A stretch of DNA of 64,000 nt from assembly GCA_047495785.1 (NCBI GenBank), contig JBLDXI010000032.1:3286001-3350000 (forward strand), in the 5' to 3' direction. Positions 24,617-35,436 of this stretch are shown piece by piece. Each line of letters starts with the position of its first letter. Within the stretch, counting starts at the first letter, position 1. A program made the translations under genes and the position numbers. The notes beneath the pieces are model-generated. The model did no database searches and was not told the origin of the DNA. It was given only the letters and a program-made list of their open reading frames with translations. This stretch comes from Lepidodermella squamata. Lineage: Eukaryota > Animalia > Gastrotricha.

Positions 24617-26413
24617 TTACAGGAAAAAAATTGGCGTGATCAGTAGTAGCCACACATTTTCTAGAATGAATTTTTTAGCTTCATTAGTTTCAGCTATGAT
24701 TTTCGGAGCCACTGTTCGGTCGTCATCAGGGTCGTCGTTGTCATCAGCCGTTGAATTCTTTTTCCGAGGTTTTGGCGTCAGAGCTTTCTTGCGCCCCTTC
24801 GATCCCTCCGTCACGTTTTTAGGGGGTGCCACTGTTGTAGTTGTGACTTTGATAAGTGACTCAAAGTGTTGGGGCCCTATAATTTCCGGACACGTTCTAT
24901 TTCTTATTTCATTGAATTCTTCATCTGTCAGGGTTGTTCGAAAAATCGATAAACAAAGTAAGGAAGAACCAGCCAAGTACGCAGATCCGATGGTCAGGAA
25001 TTTACCTGGATCGTCCTTATTCGGTAGAACGACCAAGCTGTAATTGAAAGCCAGAAATGTCCAGTTTGCGTTAATTTCCTCCACCATCCGAGGCGCAAAT
25101 CGAAAATAATGCGCATTCTTATCAGAATCCAATGTTTCAATAACCATCTCGAATTTACCGTTTAATAACGTGAAATTAACCGGGCCCCATTGAACTAGAC
25201 TTGAGTTGAGAAATCGATAATTCGGGCTGAAAACGAAGAAAGCAACGGACCATTCTGTATTGAAAGGCGATAGACTAATGTTTTCATATCTACCCAGCCA
25301 ATTGCTAGTTTTTGATGCAGCATCTGAGCCGGTAAATAGGCTCAATTTGCCCCCATTTCCACCAACTAAAAGGCGGCCAATTCCGGGGTTAACCCGATTA
25401 GGTTGTAGATCTTTAGAAATTTCGTCCATGAAATGAGGCTTTTCATACGTAAAAGGCCACAGCCCGACTAGATTGTCTCGATTTGGGACGTGAAACTGCT
25501 TCGGGCTAGGCTTCCCATCGCTGCAAGGCCGGCGATATTTGCACGAGCAGCGAAGTTGGGACATTTCGGCTGGTTTGAGGACAGTTGTGAACAGCATAAC
25601 GCAACTCAAACGGTCGTTATCTACTTTTGGCATCAAGCCAATGCTGATCGATTGAAAGGGTTGGCTCGATGTCATTCCAGGTGGGCTGATTGAACCGCCC
25701 AAAGCTACGCCATCCTCATTGTACAGTGTCACATTTCGCCGCGTGTCTGGTAGATCTGAATGAGTTATGACTAGGAGTTGCCAGGTTTCTTGGCGCAATA
25801 CATGTTGGAAAAACACGTGAGCATTCTCGCTTTGACTAGGCAACCCTGTTAATGCTGATATTGACTGGCCATCATCAATGAGAAGAAACGTATCCGAGTC
25901 CTTGGCGCCGGTGCCTGCGAGGAAAACAACGCCAGGACTTGAATAACCAATGTATTTCGACTTGAAAATGAAAAATGAGAGGGTAAAATCGCCAGATCGA
26001 TTAGCTGGACCTGGCTTCTTCGAGTAGTGATCTAAAACGAAGGTTTGACAGGCAATTAATGGCACAGGGTCGCGGATTTCTTCCGAGGAATAAGCCATCG
26101 GAACATTGCCGAAAGGTCCGACGCCTTTGGTGACCAGTTTCGCAACGCTGGATGTTGAGAATTCGCCGTCACAAAATTTGGCCGGGTTCATGAATTCGTC
26201 CAATCCGGAATAGACATCCAGCGGCCAGTAGGTTGCTAAATGTTCGAAGACGTCACCGAACACCGGGATACAACCTGAAAAATTAAATTCCGCAATCATT
26301 TCAGCCATTTTCTAATTCGAAATTCTTCCCGATTTTCATCATGAAAATCTACTTGGCATGGAAAACTAACCTGCTGAGAAAGTAGCATAGCTTATAAGAG
26401 CTAAATGGAACAT
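24617..26413 (-). CDS. Secreted/GPI-type protein with two LamG/pentraxin-like domains
   Basis: Signal exon MFHLALISYATFSA (ATG 26413). Repeated LATYWPLD / LVGLWPF, FTLSFFI / WSVAFFV, WQLLVITH / WTFLAF, LSCVMLFTTVL / LLCLSIFRTTL. Thr-rich stalk and hydrophobic C-terminus. Confidence 0.6.
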
Positions 26414-26946
26414 GGTGGAATCATGTAGAACGAAGTGATCTATGGGCGGAATTTTCTCATTTTCGATAAAAAGCTGGATTTTTAAGCTGGAATTTTTATT
26501 CATTGAAGATTCAATTGAGCAAATAAATAAAGCTGCCATAAAATCCCCAAAATCTTGCGAAATATTTACAGTTAACGTTAAAGGTTCCGCAGCAAAAAGC
26601 GCGCAACATGAAGAGAAATAATCGATCTTCAATCCTGTTAAAATTAATTTGAGCACGCTGGATGAAGCCTTCGTTACCTATTTATTCAGTTTTACTGCAC
26701 ATTAGAACGTCAAGACAATTTTATATATCACGAACTTGATCAGGACGCATACCTCAACTAAGCCAATATATCGAGCCAAATCCGGCAAAGTGGGAGGCGG
26801 AAGGTGATATTATGTCGCCTCAATTATCAATTATCGTTCGAACGGGAGCATGCAGCTAATTTAGCATGTAAAGATGCGCGGTTTGACTCTTACTAAATCA
26901 AATAACTTTGGATGAAAATTAACGGCAAAAGCGAGATATAGAAAGT

Positions 26947-29435
26947 ATGATGTCAGCTTTATCTCTAATAAGGATCATCTTGATTACAGGGGTGTGCTCG
27001 TCGGTTATTCCAATGAACAGTCTAATGCCGCGCATTCTCAAATCAAGCATTCACAGTGCCAGTCGGAATAAGACGATTCGCATTTTAACGTCGATGTCCT
27101 ACTCCGGCAACCTGCCATTCGGCCCAGCTATAACGGTTCCGCAGCAAATGGCACTGGACTGGCTTCATTCGCAACCAGACTGGCTGCCTGGCTATCGACT
27201 TGAATGCGAATTAATCGACGATTCGGTATAGAAAAACGTGACCTAGAAAATTTATTGCACGCTGCTGTTTGTTATTGAATATAGGTCAACGACGCAATCT
27301 ATTTGTCGCATTTATTGCAAGAGCTTCGAGTTTTCAATGAGGTTGAACTTCGACTGCCATTATTAGGACTCATGGAATATTCGCTATCGAGCTTGTTACA
27401 TTCCGCCTACATGATGAAGTTCTACAACTTGATAGGCGTCAACATCTTCCCGTTGCCGGAAATGTATGGCCTTAGGCACAAATTGACGAATTACTTCCCG
27501 TTTGGAGAAAGGCAGGACTACTACATGGTATCGGAAGCTATTTTCATCGCGAAAATGGGCTGGCACCGCGCGGCCATTCTGACCGATACAAATACGTTCA
27601 ATGTCGTATCAGAATCGCCCCATATTGAAAGTTTGGAGGCTAATAATGTTTCCCTGGTATATTTCGCGAAATTTCGCGAGTACACGACTGATGAATACGA
27701 GTTGGATTCAGCTTTCACTGAGCTGAAACGGCGAGATCCTCGAATTATAATGAATTGCGTTATTAATAGCCTGACAATGGCCTGTTATCTATACAAATAC
27801 GGCATGTATGGACCCGATTACGTAATTATCACCTATTCGTGGACTGGTTTCGACGAAACTTCTGATATACCGGATTTCATCGCTAGTTGGTGTACCAAGA
27901 AAATTCTTCTCGAAGTCCTGGATGGTATGCTGTTTTTCGGCGATGCGCCACTAGCCGACATTTATGGGCCGAATTTCAAGGACATAACTGGCCGAACTCG
28001 GCAGAGCATTATGGACCAAGTAAGGTCAAGTGTTGATCACCCTGAAAAAGCCGTCAGTTTGGACTACTGGGCAGCTATTTACTACGACCGGGGTGTAATT
28101 CTTGGGACAATTTTGAATCACACTGAAAATGCTTTGAAAAATTACAACATGACCCTGTTAGATTGGACAACAAATTCCGGTAATTACGCCCGCGATCCCG
28201 AGTTCATTTTAGACATATTGAAAGAGTCCGTCTATAAGGTGAATCTAAGCGGGGTTCGAGGCGAATGGTCCTACGATCGTTACGACGATTGGCCTAATGG
28301 AAGCATGCCGATTGTCTACACTCAAACGCGGATTATAGACGGAAATCGAAGCATTCAAGAGCCAGTCGCCTATTATAAATCGAATTCAAGGGGCGATAAA
28401 ACGCGCATCTATCAAGATCGGTTCATTTGGCGGACTAAGGATGGGAACCCTCCGAGGGACCGGCTGATAATTGTCAATATCGAAGTAACTCCTATCCCTT
28501 CATTTGTAAGCATCTTGCTCTACGTTGTGGGATGTTCGGAAATTACGGGCATTGCGATCTTAGCTTTGATTTTAACTTATTCGAGCCGCCTTAACCTTTG
28601 GCTATCTGCAGTCCTTATAGCTGACTGTACATTGGCTAGCCAAGTTTTTGCTGTTCCTTACATGGTCGCAAGCCCCAGGCTGGATATCAATTGCTCAGCT
28701 ATTGGAACTATCCTTGTTTTCGGGTTCTCTTGCTTGATTGCCAGTTGCTCTGAAAAGATTCGACGTAGCATTCACATGGCGAGAATTTATCCTAGCGTGA
28801 CTACTTTCAACTTTACTCAAATCAGCGTTTTATTCTACGCCCAAATTTCGATTCCAACCATTCTATTCGTAGCTCTATTAGCCCATCGCCCAATCGAAAC
28901 AGCGCTGAGGAATACAACTGTGGAATTTTCGAAAACAGACGGAAGCTTAGCGTAAAATTATCAGGTTCGAGAATGCCTATTTCTCGAATCGTTTTTCGCT
29001 TCAAACACTTCTCTCGGCTTAATTTCGACCGCTGGACTGATTATATTCGTCTCAATCCTAAGGGCGATATTGCTCTCATTCAAAGGACGATCTTTTCTAA
29101 GCAAGCCCGTTGCCAAAACTAAGCAAAACATTGATACACTGTTGGGTATTATGCAACAATTGAAGTTCGATTGCATCTTCATTTACGGCGTTGTCATTTT
29201 CCTGCTCGGAGGTGTGTTAGTTGGAGCTCTTGTCGGATCCAGCACTGGTTCACTCGCGATTCTTGTTTCAATTTTGGCTCTACTTATCGTGGGAATGAAC
29301 TTTGCGTTAACAGCGGTCGCAATTTTTGCGAGCACGAAAAATGACTATTTTCCCATGAAATTAGCCGCTACGCGGCCGCATGTGACAAATTCCCGACCTT
29401 CAAGGTCCTCATTTCAGCGGAAAAGCATCGCCTAA
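26947..29435 (+). pseudogene. Class C GPCR (GABA-B-like) with one in-frame TAA at 28953-28955
   Basis: Signal peptide, WLPGYRLEC, intron ~27226-27284, MGWHRAAIL, LKRRDPRII, YGPDYVII, WRTKDGNPPRD, TM1-4. After the TAA the same frame continues NYQVRECLF... through TM5-7 to 29435. Confidence 0.7.
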
Positions 29436-29621
29436 TGCCTCGGAATTCAGGGGCAACAGCTGAGCGGCGATAAATCCGCGGTTTCTGAACCTGACCCTGG
29501 ATCATTAGTTATGTGGGAAATCGTACATATGTTGCGCATTAATTTGTGATAAGGTTACTTAATAAAGGTCGCTTTTTAGGCCGATTTGACAGTTTTTCTT
29601 CCAGAGCTATCTAGAGACATA

Positions 29622-30078
29622 ATGGCAACCTTTCTAATCTTGACTGTACTGTTGGCAGTCGCTGCCTCGCCAGCACTCGGAGCTTACACTTGCGATTCGA
29701 AGAAGTACACCCCTTTGGGGGTTTGGTATGGCGAAAGCAAGGAGTGCGTTGCGTTGGTGAAGCACGCCTGCAAGGCCCCGCAAACTTCGCTGTGGGTTCG
29801 CGGCCGTTTGGTCAAAGGTAACAGCATTGCCAAGTACACTGCTATTGCGACCTTCGAGGCTGCAAACAACAAATACGGAGGGCATGCTGCTGTTTATATC
29901 AGCCAAAATAGCGCCGGTATTCAGGTATGTATATTTTCCGATTGTTTCCTCAGTTTAAGATGGATTGCGGATTTAGGTTGTGGATCAATGGAACACCCAG
30001 CCAGCCCATGAACGGACCATTAAATTTGGCGGCAGTGGCGCTTCGAATGACGGCAACAAGTTCTACGTCATCGAATAG
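29622..30078 (+). CDS. Secreted Tae2/BPSL0067-family peptidoglycan amidase (dae2-like), copy 1
   Basis: Exons 29622-29924 and 29977-30078 (52-nt GT-AG intron). Signal peptide followed by ECVALVK..APQTSLWVRGRLVKG..TAIATF..YGGHAAVYISQNSAGIQVVDQW..RTIKF..SNDGNKFYVIE*. Confidence 0.88.
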
Positions 30079-30439
30079 AACTAAAGATGAACTTCTTGAT
30101 TCCGGACATTTAAAAAAATAGATTGCCGAAAGCAAAACTCGCATAACAATCCCAGTTAATTTTTTACAAGGGTTTTAAATAAATCCTTTTTTGAAAACAA
30201 ATGCAGAGGAATTTTCCCAAAATTCAAGCCAGATTTGCCACAGTAAAAACTTGAGACGGATTTGACTTTCGAATTTAATAAAGAACTGCTATGAGGTTAC
30301 AGGTTACAGCTGGATTTCGATTACAGGGAAATTTATTTATTTCAACAACTCTTTTTACAACGATAACATTACCCAGTTAAAACCAAGTCAACCCGATAAC
30401 AGTTATTTCCATTCAGGAAATAACCAATGCCAGTATAGG

Positions 30440-31380
30440 AAAAGGTAGCAACCATAGACATAATTTAAGATGTCTATGGTAGTAGCAACCAACGCGTCTA
30501 GTACTGTGATGAAGCAGCAGCTCGGACACAGGAATACACACAACTGGGGCAGAAGTTCCCAATATATGCGGGGCGTTACTCGCGATGTCATTACAAAAGT
30601 TTTTATCCGTATTGCAATTGTCGGAGCAGCAACGGCAACCCTAAAACGATTCAATTAAATAATTCCGATTTCTCTCAAATTTGAAAAAAACAACTTGGGA
30701 TAACACCTTCGATCCCTCTTTAATCTAAGTGGACACAGTTCGACAGCGGGGCCATGGTTTTTTAGGGTCGTCAGGGTATTCACAAAAGTAAGAAACCAGC
30801 CCAGTACTGAAAACGTACTCTTTCGAAATCATCGAAAGTTTGAAAGTTTAGGAAAATGGATATCAACTTACGCCGCAACGAGAACAATTAGTCAAAGTTA
30901 TCGGAGGTTTAGTTTGATCTAGAATATTGTCCTGGCAGGTTATGAAGTTTATTTTTCGTTCGACGTCCTAGCAGGTAAAGGAAATTGGGATCATCGTGGG
31001 CGCGACAATTATTCACCGAGTTGCACTTGTCAGTACAGCATGAACAAGTCTTGAAAAATCGTTTGAAGCAACATTGAAAACTATTTCAGATCATGGAGTA
31101 CCTTTCTTATGTAAAGACCAGAGGCATCGGCCCTCAAAGAACTGTAGTTGCGGCAAAATGGTTCGGTTAGTTCGGTTTCACAACCGAATTGATCGTTCAT
31201 CCAAAAGTAAGTTCCAGCCGCCTGAGAATACAGGGAGATTTGCTGGGTACATGCCTTGCAACAACTGGCATTTTTCGTGCCCGTATGATCTGTGAAACAG
31301 GTCAGGCTTGCCGATAAATCGAAGTAACGGCAGAGTAAGATAAGCGATGAACTTATTTTTCCAAGATGAGGTAGAGCCGT
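30440..31380 (-). pseudogene. Two-domain Ly6/uPAR (three-finger) gene, type A, pseudogene copy
   Basis: Collinear with 55424-56365, but the start is ACG instead of ATG (31380) and there is a 2-nt deletion near 30967 (gacgtcc|tagc vs gacgtccct|tagc). Confidence 0.75.
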
Positions 31381-31604
31381 AGTCGTTCGCAGCGAAAGAA
31401 ATTCTTATAGCAGGAGCCAAAAACCGAGTGCATTTTCTTGAAAATGTTTTAGCAGCTGTCGAGTCTTTTGTTTGTAAAAAATTGACAAAACGTAAAAATG
31501 CTTCAGTTTATTGCAAGCAGAAATTATTGGAAAAATAAACAAAAAATTAAGGAAGCTGCTTCAGTTGGTGGTCATTGTCAGAATGATCAAAGCAAGACTG
31601 AAGG

Positions 31605-32513
31605 TTACTTTCCCAAAACTCTCCGGCGAAGCAGCAACCAGATGCCGTTAACAGATGCAACAGTTGTTGTTGGTGCTGCTGTTGTCTTAGCCGCGGTCTC
31701 CATTTCAGCTAGCTCAGGGCAAAAGCCATCAGCAGCGTTGCAGTTTTCGGCACAGCATTGACACCCCTGGAAACAATTTGCAGATTTAATTTTACCGATA
31801 TAAAAGAGAAAGCGAACTTTTGCGGCGACTGTGGAGCCTGAATATTCAGTTGATTTGCTGTACCTACAACGAGGCCAAGGTTTTGTGGGATCGACAGGGA
31901 ACGTGCATATGTAGGAGACTGCACCGTCACTAGCCCTGAATTCTTTCTGCATTAAAAATAAAAACGTATTCGGTACCTGCACAGATTTGAAGACTTGCCC
32001 CACATGACGAACAGTTTGTCAGGGTCTGTATCGATTTTCCAGATGAGAAAACGTTGTCTTTGCAGGTAACGAATTTGAACGCCCGTTCATTGTCTCGAAC
32101 AACAGACATGAAAATAGAATCGCCCTCAGCCCAGCAGCTATTCAATTTGTTGCAGTTGTCAGTGCAACAGGTACATTTCTACGTAAGTAAATTAAAGATG
32201 GAATATGTAATCAAGCCACCACTGATCACACCTTCGTGAAGTAAACACCGCTAACGTCCCAGCTAACACTGCTTGAATCTCTGCATGCCGTTTCGGTCGA
32301 ACTTGTGACACAATCGTAAGATGAAGTCCAATAGTAAGTGCCATTTTCGCTTGAATAATCCTTGCTCATCAATGCTGTACATGCCAAGCATCCAGTTGCT
32401 GTTGTATCAGCATTACTCCCTGTGAGGCAAGATATCGCGAGTGAAGATCGGGCGGAGAAAATTCCAAGAAGAAAAATGTGAGTAACAATAATTTGAATAG
32501 TAGAGCTCAGCAT
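31605..32513 (-). CDS. Two-domain Ly6/uPAR (three-finger) protein, type B copy 1, GPI tail lost by frameshift
   Basis: Signal peptide, ISCLTG..CLAC..C..C..CTCCTDNCN and FVTC..CSSC..C..C..CQCCAENCN, four exons. A 5-nt insertion at ~31640-31644 gives the end NGIWLLLRRRVLGK*. Confidence 0.75.
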
Positions 32514-33739
32514 TTTTGTATTTATCAAGGCTAATGAAAAGTGATAGTTTCTAGAATTACAACTTATTTTTCGATTTGATTAATCAAAGTCAGGTTTTAA
32601 GTAAAAGACGAACACATTTTGCTGCATGTAATATATTATAGCGAAATCCTATGAGTGCAAAAAAACGGCGCTTTAGCATGCAGGTGGTTTGGTTACTTTT
32701 CCGCTTTCTAAGTTCCGCTAATTTTTTGAGCTACAATTTTTTCCGCCGAAGACCATTTCCGCTCTTGCGTTTTCCGCTATTGTATGAGTTCCGCCATATC
32801 GTTGGCAGCACGGCAGAAGGAACATACCTATAGGCTTGTTTATATGACGTCAGGCGGTAAAAGTTAATGCGGTCGAAAAAAATTGTCCGATCAATTTACT
32901 TGAACATCGGACAATCGGACAATCGGTGCAATAAAAATGCAGAAAGTTAACGTCAAGTAACATGCGGAAAGTAGTTTTTGCCTTCTATCGTGTCATCTAA
33001 TACGAAGCGCATACTAATGTAATAGTAGTAAAAACTGATAACAATAAAAATTTGAAGTTGTAAAAGTAAGTTGAATGAAATTACCTTTAACAAGTGAAAA
33101 ATGGGGTTTTGCGTATTTTCTGTAGTGTGTTCTGTAGTGTGACTTTAAGTGGGGCGATTCCTACATTTTCTTACTTAGATTTTCTTGAAGATTTTGAATA
33201 AAAAAGAAATATGACCTCTAGGAGGCTCCCATCCTTCTCAAAGACGCGAGATCCCAAAGTGTCGCCGAATCGGCTTATCGATTTCGACTGACGCGAAAGC
33301 ATTCCATCAAATTCTTAGAGCGGCTGCAAAATCTCACGATGTCAAAGATTTCACCAAACCCCACTTTTCACTTATTAGCGGATTTTATTTCAGCGGAAAT
33401 GTCCTGTGGAGGCAATGTTGTGATTCATGCAGCTGAATACTATTTTGGTGGATACCTATTCATTTAGCGGACATTTTAGGGTAAAAATAAACAAGCGTTG
33501 ATTCTAAGGCGGACGCTAAGGTAAAAACCCGTCTGCAAATGATACAGATAATCCTCATCAAACGGCGTTGTCGTGCTGCATCTATATATGTAGCTGACGT
33601 AATGACTTCCACCGCTGCAACTTCATGGCGCATATACTATGACGAGACGAGATAAAAGAGGCGTTATTTCACCCTTTCTTTCAATTTCCAAATTTCACTC
33701 CACTGCCTGAGAACACCTAATTAACTTCTCATTCCTTTT

Positions 33740-33870
33740 ACGGTGTTGTCATTCTCCTGCCCGGAGCTCTTGTTGGATCAATCACTGCTACATCTGCGTT
33801 CCTCGTTTCATTTTTGGCTCTAATTATCGTGGGCATGAATGCCACGTTAACAGGGGTCGCAATAATTGCG
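33740..33870 (+). pseudogene. Duplicated 3' fragment (TM6-TM7) of the 26947-29435 GPCR
   Basis: cggtgttgtcattctcctgc...ggagctcttgt...gtttca.ttttggctcta.ttatcgtggg.atgaa...gttaacag.ggtcgcaat matches 29186-29330. Confidence 0.75.
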
Positions 33871-34134
33871 GGAATTCGGGGATTATCCCTGCTCCAACGA
33901 CGGGCAGAAAACGTCGCTAGCCCATATTTGAGTTAACCCTGGACCATTTTCTGACTATTTATACACTCATTACTTACATTCGAATAATATGCTGGTTTAT
34001 TGAGTTGCAAAACCGAACCCGAAGCCAATAATGCACTAATCAGGGAGCGCTTATTTATGATCTTTAATATCTTTTATAAAGGTTGGTTTTAGGCCGATCT
34101 GACAGTTTTTCTTCCAGAGCTATCTAGAGACATA

Positions 34135-34586
34135 ATGGCAACCTTTCTAACCTTGACTGTATTGCTGGCAGTCGGTGCCTTGCCAGCATTCGGAGCCTAC
34201 ACCTGCGATTCGGTTACTTTGGGAAGATGGTATGGAGAAAGCAGGGAGTGCGCTGCACTGGTGAAGTACGCCTGCAAGGCCCCGCATACGTTGCAGTGGA
34301 AACGCGGCCGTTTGGTCAAAGGTAGCAGCGTTGCGAAGAACACTGCTATTGCGACCTTCGAGGCACCTGGCAACAAATATGGTGGGCATGCTGCTATTTA
34401 TATCAGTCAAAATAATGTCGGCATTCAGGTATGATATTTTCCTTCATCTTCCTCAGTTTAAGATGGAATGCGGAATTATAGGTTGTGGAGCAATGGAACA
34501 CCCGGGCAGCTCAGACGAGGACTATTCGTTTTATTGGCGGCGATGGCGCTTCGAATGACGGCACCAAGTTCTACGTCATCGAATAG
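34135..34586 (+). CDS. dae2-like peptidoglycan amidase, copy 2
   Basis: Exons 34135-34428 and 34482-34586. ECAALVK...TAIATF...YGGHAAIYISQNNVGIQVVEQW...SNDGTKFYVIE*. Confidence 0.87.
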
Positions 34587-34949
34587 AACAAAAGATGAAC
34601 TTATTGATCCGGACATTTCAAAAAATAAGACTGGCAAACTTTATGAGCAGGGTTCTGAAGTAACCTGAAATCTGACCTACATTTTATCCAGATTTTCCCA
34701 AGTGATTTTCCCAAGTGAGATTGAGATTGATTTGACTTCAGAATTTAATAAAGAATTGTTATGATATATAATATAATAATATTTAATTATTTAATCGACA
34801 AGTTTTACAGCAACGAAAACTCAACCAAGTTAAAACTGCAAGTCAAACTGATAAAATTAATGGTAATTGAACTTAGGTATATATGGATCTCGAAGATTTT
34901 CCTGGCTTGTGATGAAGTAAATTTTCCGTTTAACTTTCATAGTTTTTCA

Positions 34950-35430
34950 TACTTTCATAGAAAAATTCATAGTTTTCGACGCTATTTGACACTAATTGCC
35001 ATTCATCCCGATCTCTAGCCGTTATTTCCGCTAATTCTAGATCCGCAATTCTGTGAATTTCAGTGTGTCGCATTAGCAGGGTCGACTTACAAGGTCTGCC
35101 GCGTCTAACAGGCTCGTTTGGGTTTTTAATATGTCTCACATGAATTTCGAACAAACCAATTTTAAGAAGACACCAACTCGGGTCGACCGCTTTCCAATAA
35201 TACATAGCATTCGAGAGACTTTCCATGTCATACTCACCTTGGTGAGCTATGTGGCTGAAATATTTCAAACGATGTTTTTCGATTATTTTGCTCAATTCCG
35301 AAACGTCACAGATCAATCTAATTTCGATGTTCATAGTTATATGGTCTGTTCTGAAAATCCCATAATGGTTCTAAGCCAGCGCATAAAAGTAGCATTATAT
35401 TTAATCTTCTTGTTCTTGGGTAGTGGATGA
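34950..35430 (-). mobile_element. Decayed 3' fragment of the RTE-like LINE (same family as 41265-43275)
   Basis: ATFMRWLRTIMG, IRLICDV, YYWKAVDPSW, RRGRP, ARDRDEW match the C-terminus of the 41265 ORF. Confidence 0.85.
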
Positions 35431-35436
35431 ATTCCA

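Noticed and set aside
28952-28964. 13-nt GT...AG micro-intron removing the GPCR stop
   Set aside because: Far below the local intron size and it would shift the frame; the downstream sequence is already in frame.
29622-30078. Bacterial contamination as the source of the amidase genes
   Set aside because: All copies have a spliceosomal intron and a signal peptide, and they are co-duplicated with animal genes and their non-coding flanks.
30440-32513. Genes next to dae as bacterial tai immunity genes
   Set aside because: They are opposite-strand, intron-containing, Cys-rich Ly6/uPAR-type host genes with no visible Tai resemblance.
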